Shown in pieces: positions 33,142 to 33,674 of a stretch of DNA of 33,674 bases. Location of the stretch: IMG/VR virus record IMGVR_UViG_3300020045_001406, positions 1 through 33,674 of that record; one strand, 5' to 3'. This stretch comes from a virus. Its lineage: Duplodnaviria; Caudoviricetes. Under the pieces are notes generated by a model. It saw nothing but the letters and a program-made list of their open reading frames with translations, made no database searches and was not told the DNA's origin. The position numbers and the translations under genes were made by a program. The stretch's first letter is position 1, and each line of letters opens with the position of its first letter.

Positions 33142-33674
33142 TTACGGGGTGATCTGAAGAACAGGGGTTGCGAAGTCGAGCTGAACGCCCTGGGCGGTGG
33201 TGGCTGGGCCTGTCAGGTCCCATCGGCCCGGCGTGTAGCTGCGTGTTGGCTTGGCGAGGTAGGTGACGCCCTTGTGGACTTGGCACAGTGACAGCCTGCC
33301 GATCGCGTCGGGTTGGATGCCGTCCTTGGCGTCTTGCACAAACAGCATCCAGCCGTCCATGTGGTCTAGGTCCGTGCCCGCCGTCCGGCATTGCACAGCG
33401 TTGATGTTGCCCGGCAGTCCTCCGCCCGGGTGACGCACGACGCCGAGTGGGTTGTCCATCCGGCAGTGCACCTCGCTGTGCCCGTCAACAATGCCAACGA
33501 TCTGCACCTGCGTGTGGCCGGAACCTGTCCGCACGCCTGCATTCGCCATCACTTCATCGGCAGGGACGCCCAGGAGCCGGGCTATTTCTGCTGCTTCCGC
33601 CATTCTCATTTGACGCTTCCCTCGGAGCATGAGGGACATTGCCGCAGCGTCCAGGCCCATGGCTCTTGCCAGTG
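33142..33674 (-). CDS. CI/XRE-family repressor (5'-truncated by window end)
   Basis: Frame is open to the window edge: LARAMGLDAAAMSLMLRGKRQM...EA..IA.LLGV is an XRE HTH, followed by a beta-rich C-terminal domain. Located upstream of the early operon. Confidence 0.8.
   Translation of the reverse strand, partial: LARAMGLDAAAMSLMLRGKRQMRMAEAAEIARLLGVPADEVMANAGVRTGSGHTQVQIVGIVDGHSEVHCRMDNPLGVVRHPGGGLPGNINAVQCRTAGTDLDHMDGWMLFVQDAKDGIQPDAIGRLSLCQVHKGVTYLAKPTRSYTPGRWDLTGPATTAQGVQLDFATPVLQITP

Overview
Most of the window (~2.13-33.67 kb, GC-rich) is a tailed dsDNA phage with a podovirus-type, BPP-1/T7-like virion module. The plus strand carries scaffold, major capsid, cement protein, a decoration/fibre block, tail tubular A and B, three internal virion proteins (one with a GH108 lysozyme insert, one 1849-aa polyvalent protein), a tailspike and a lysis cassette. 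The convergent minus-strand early arm carries a CI-like repressor, YqaJ/RecT, a Xis-like HTH protein, many small ORFs and a Tad2/DUF2829 anti-defence gene. No portal, terminase or integrase is in the window. At the convergence point, two homologous 52-bp direct repeats flank the Tad2-like gene. Each has a XerC-arm-like sequence, an identical central hexamer and an identically spaced NrdR-box-like motif, suggesting a host-Xer-dependent cassette or attachment system. Also seen are an enlarged C4-like structured RNA on the minus strand (20691-20854) and a recurring 19-bp palindromic operator. The first ~2.1 kb is a patchwork of unrelated gene fragments and is probably chimeric. All family calls come from motif recognition by eye; no searches were run.
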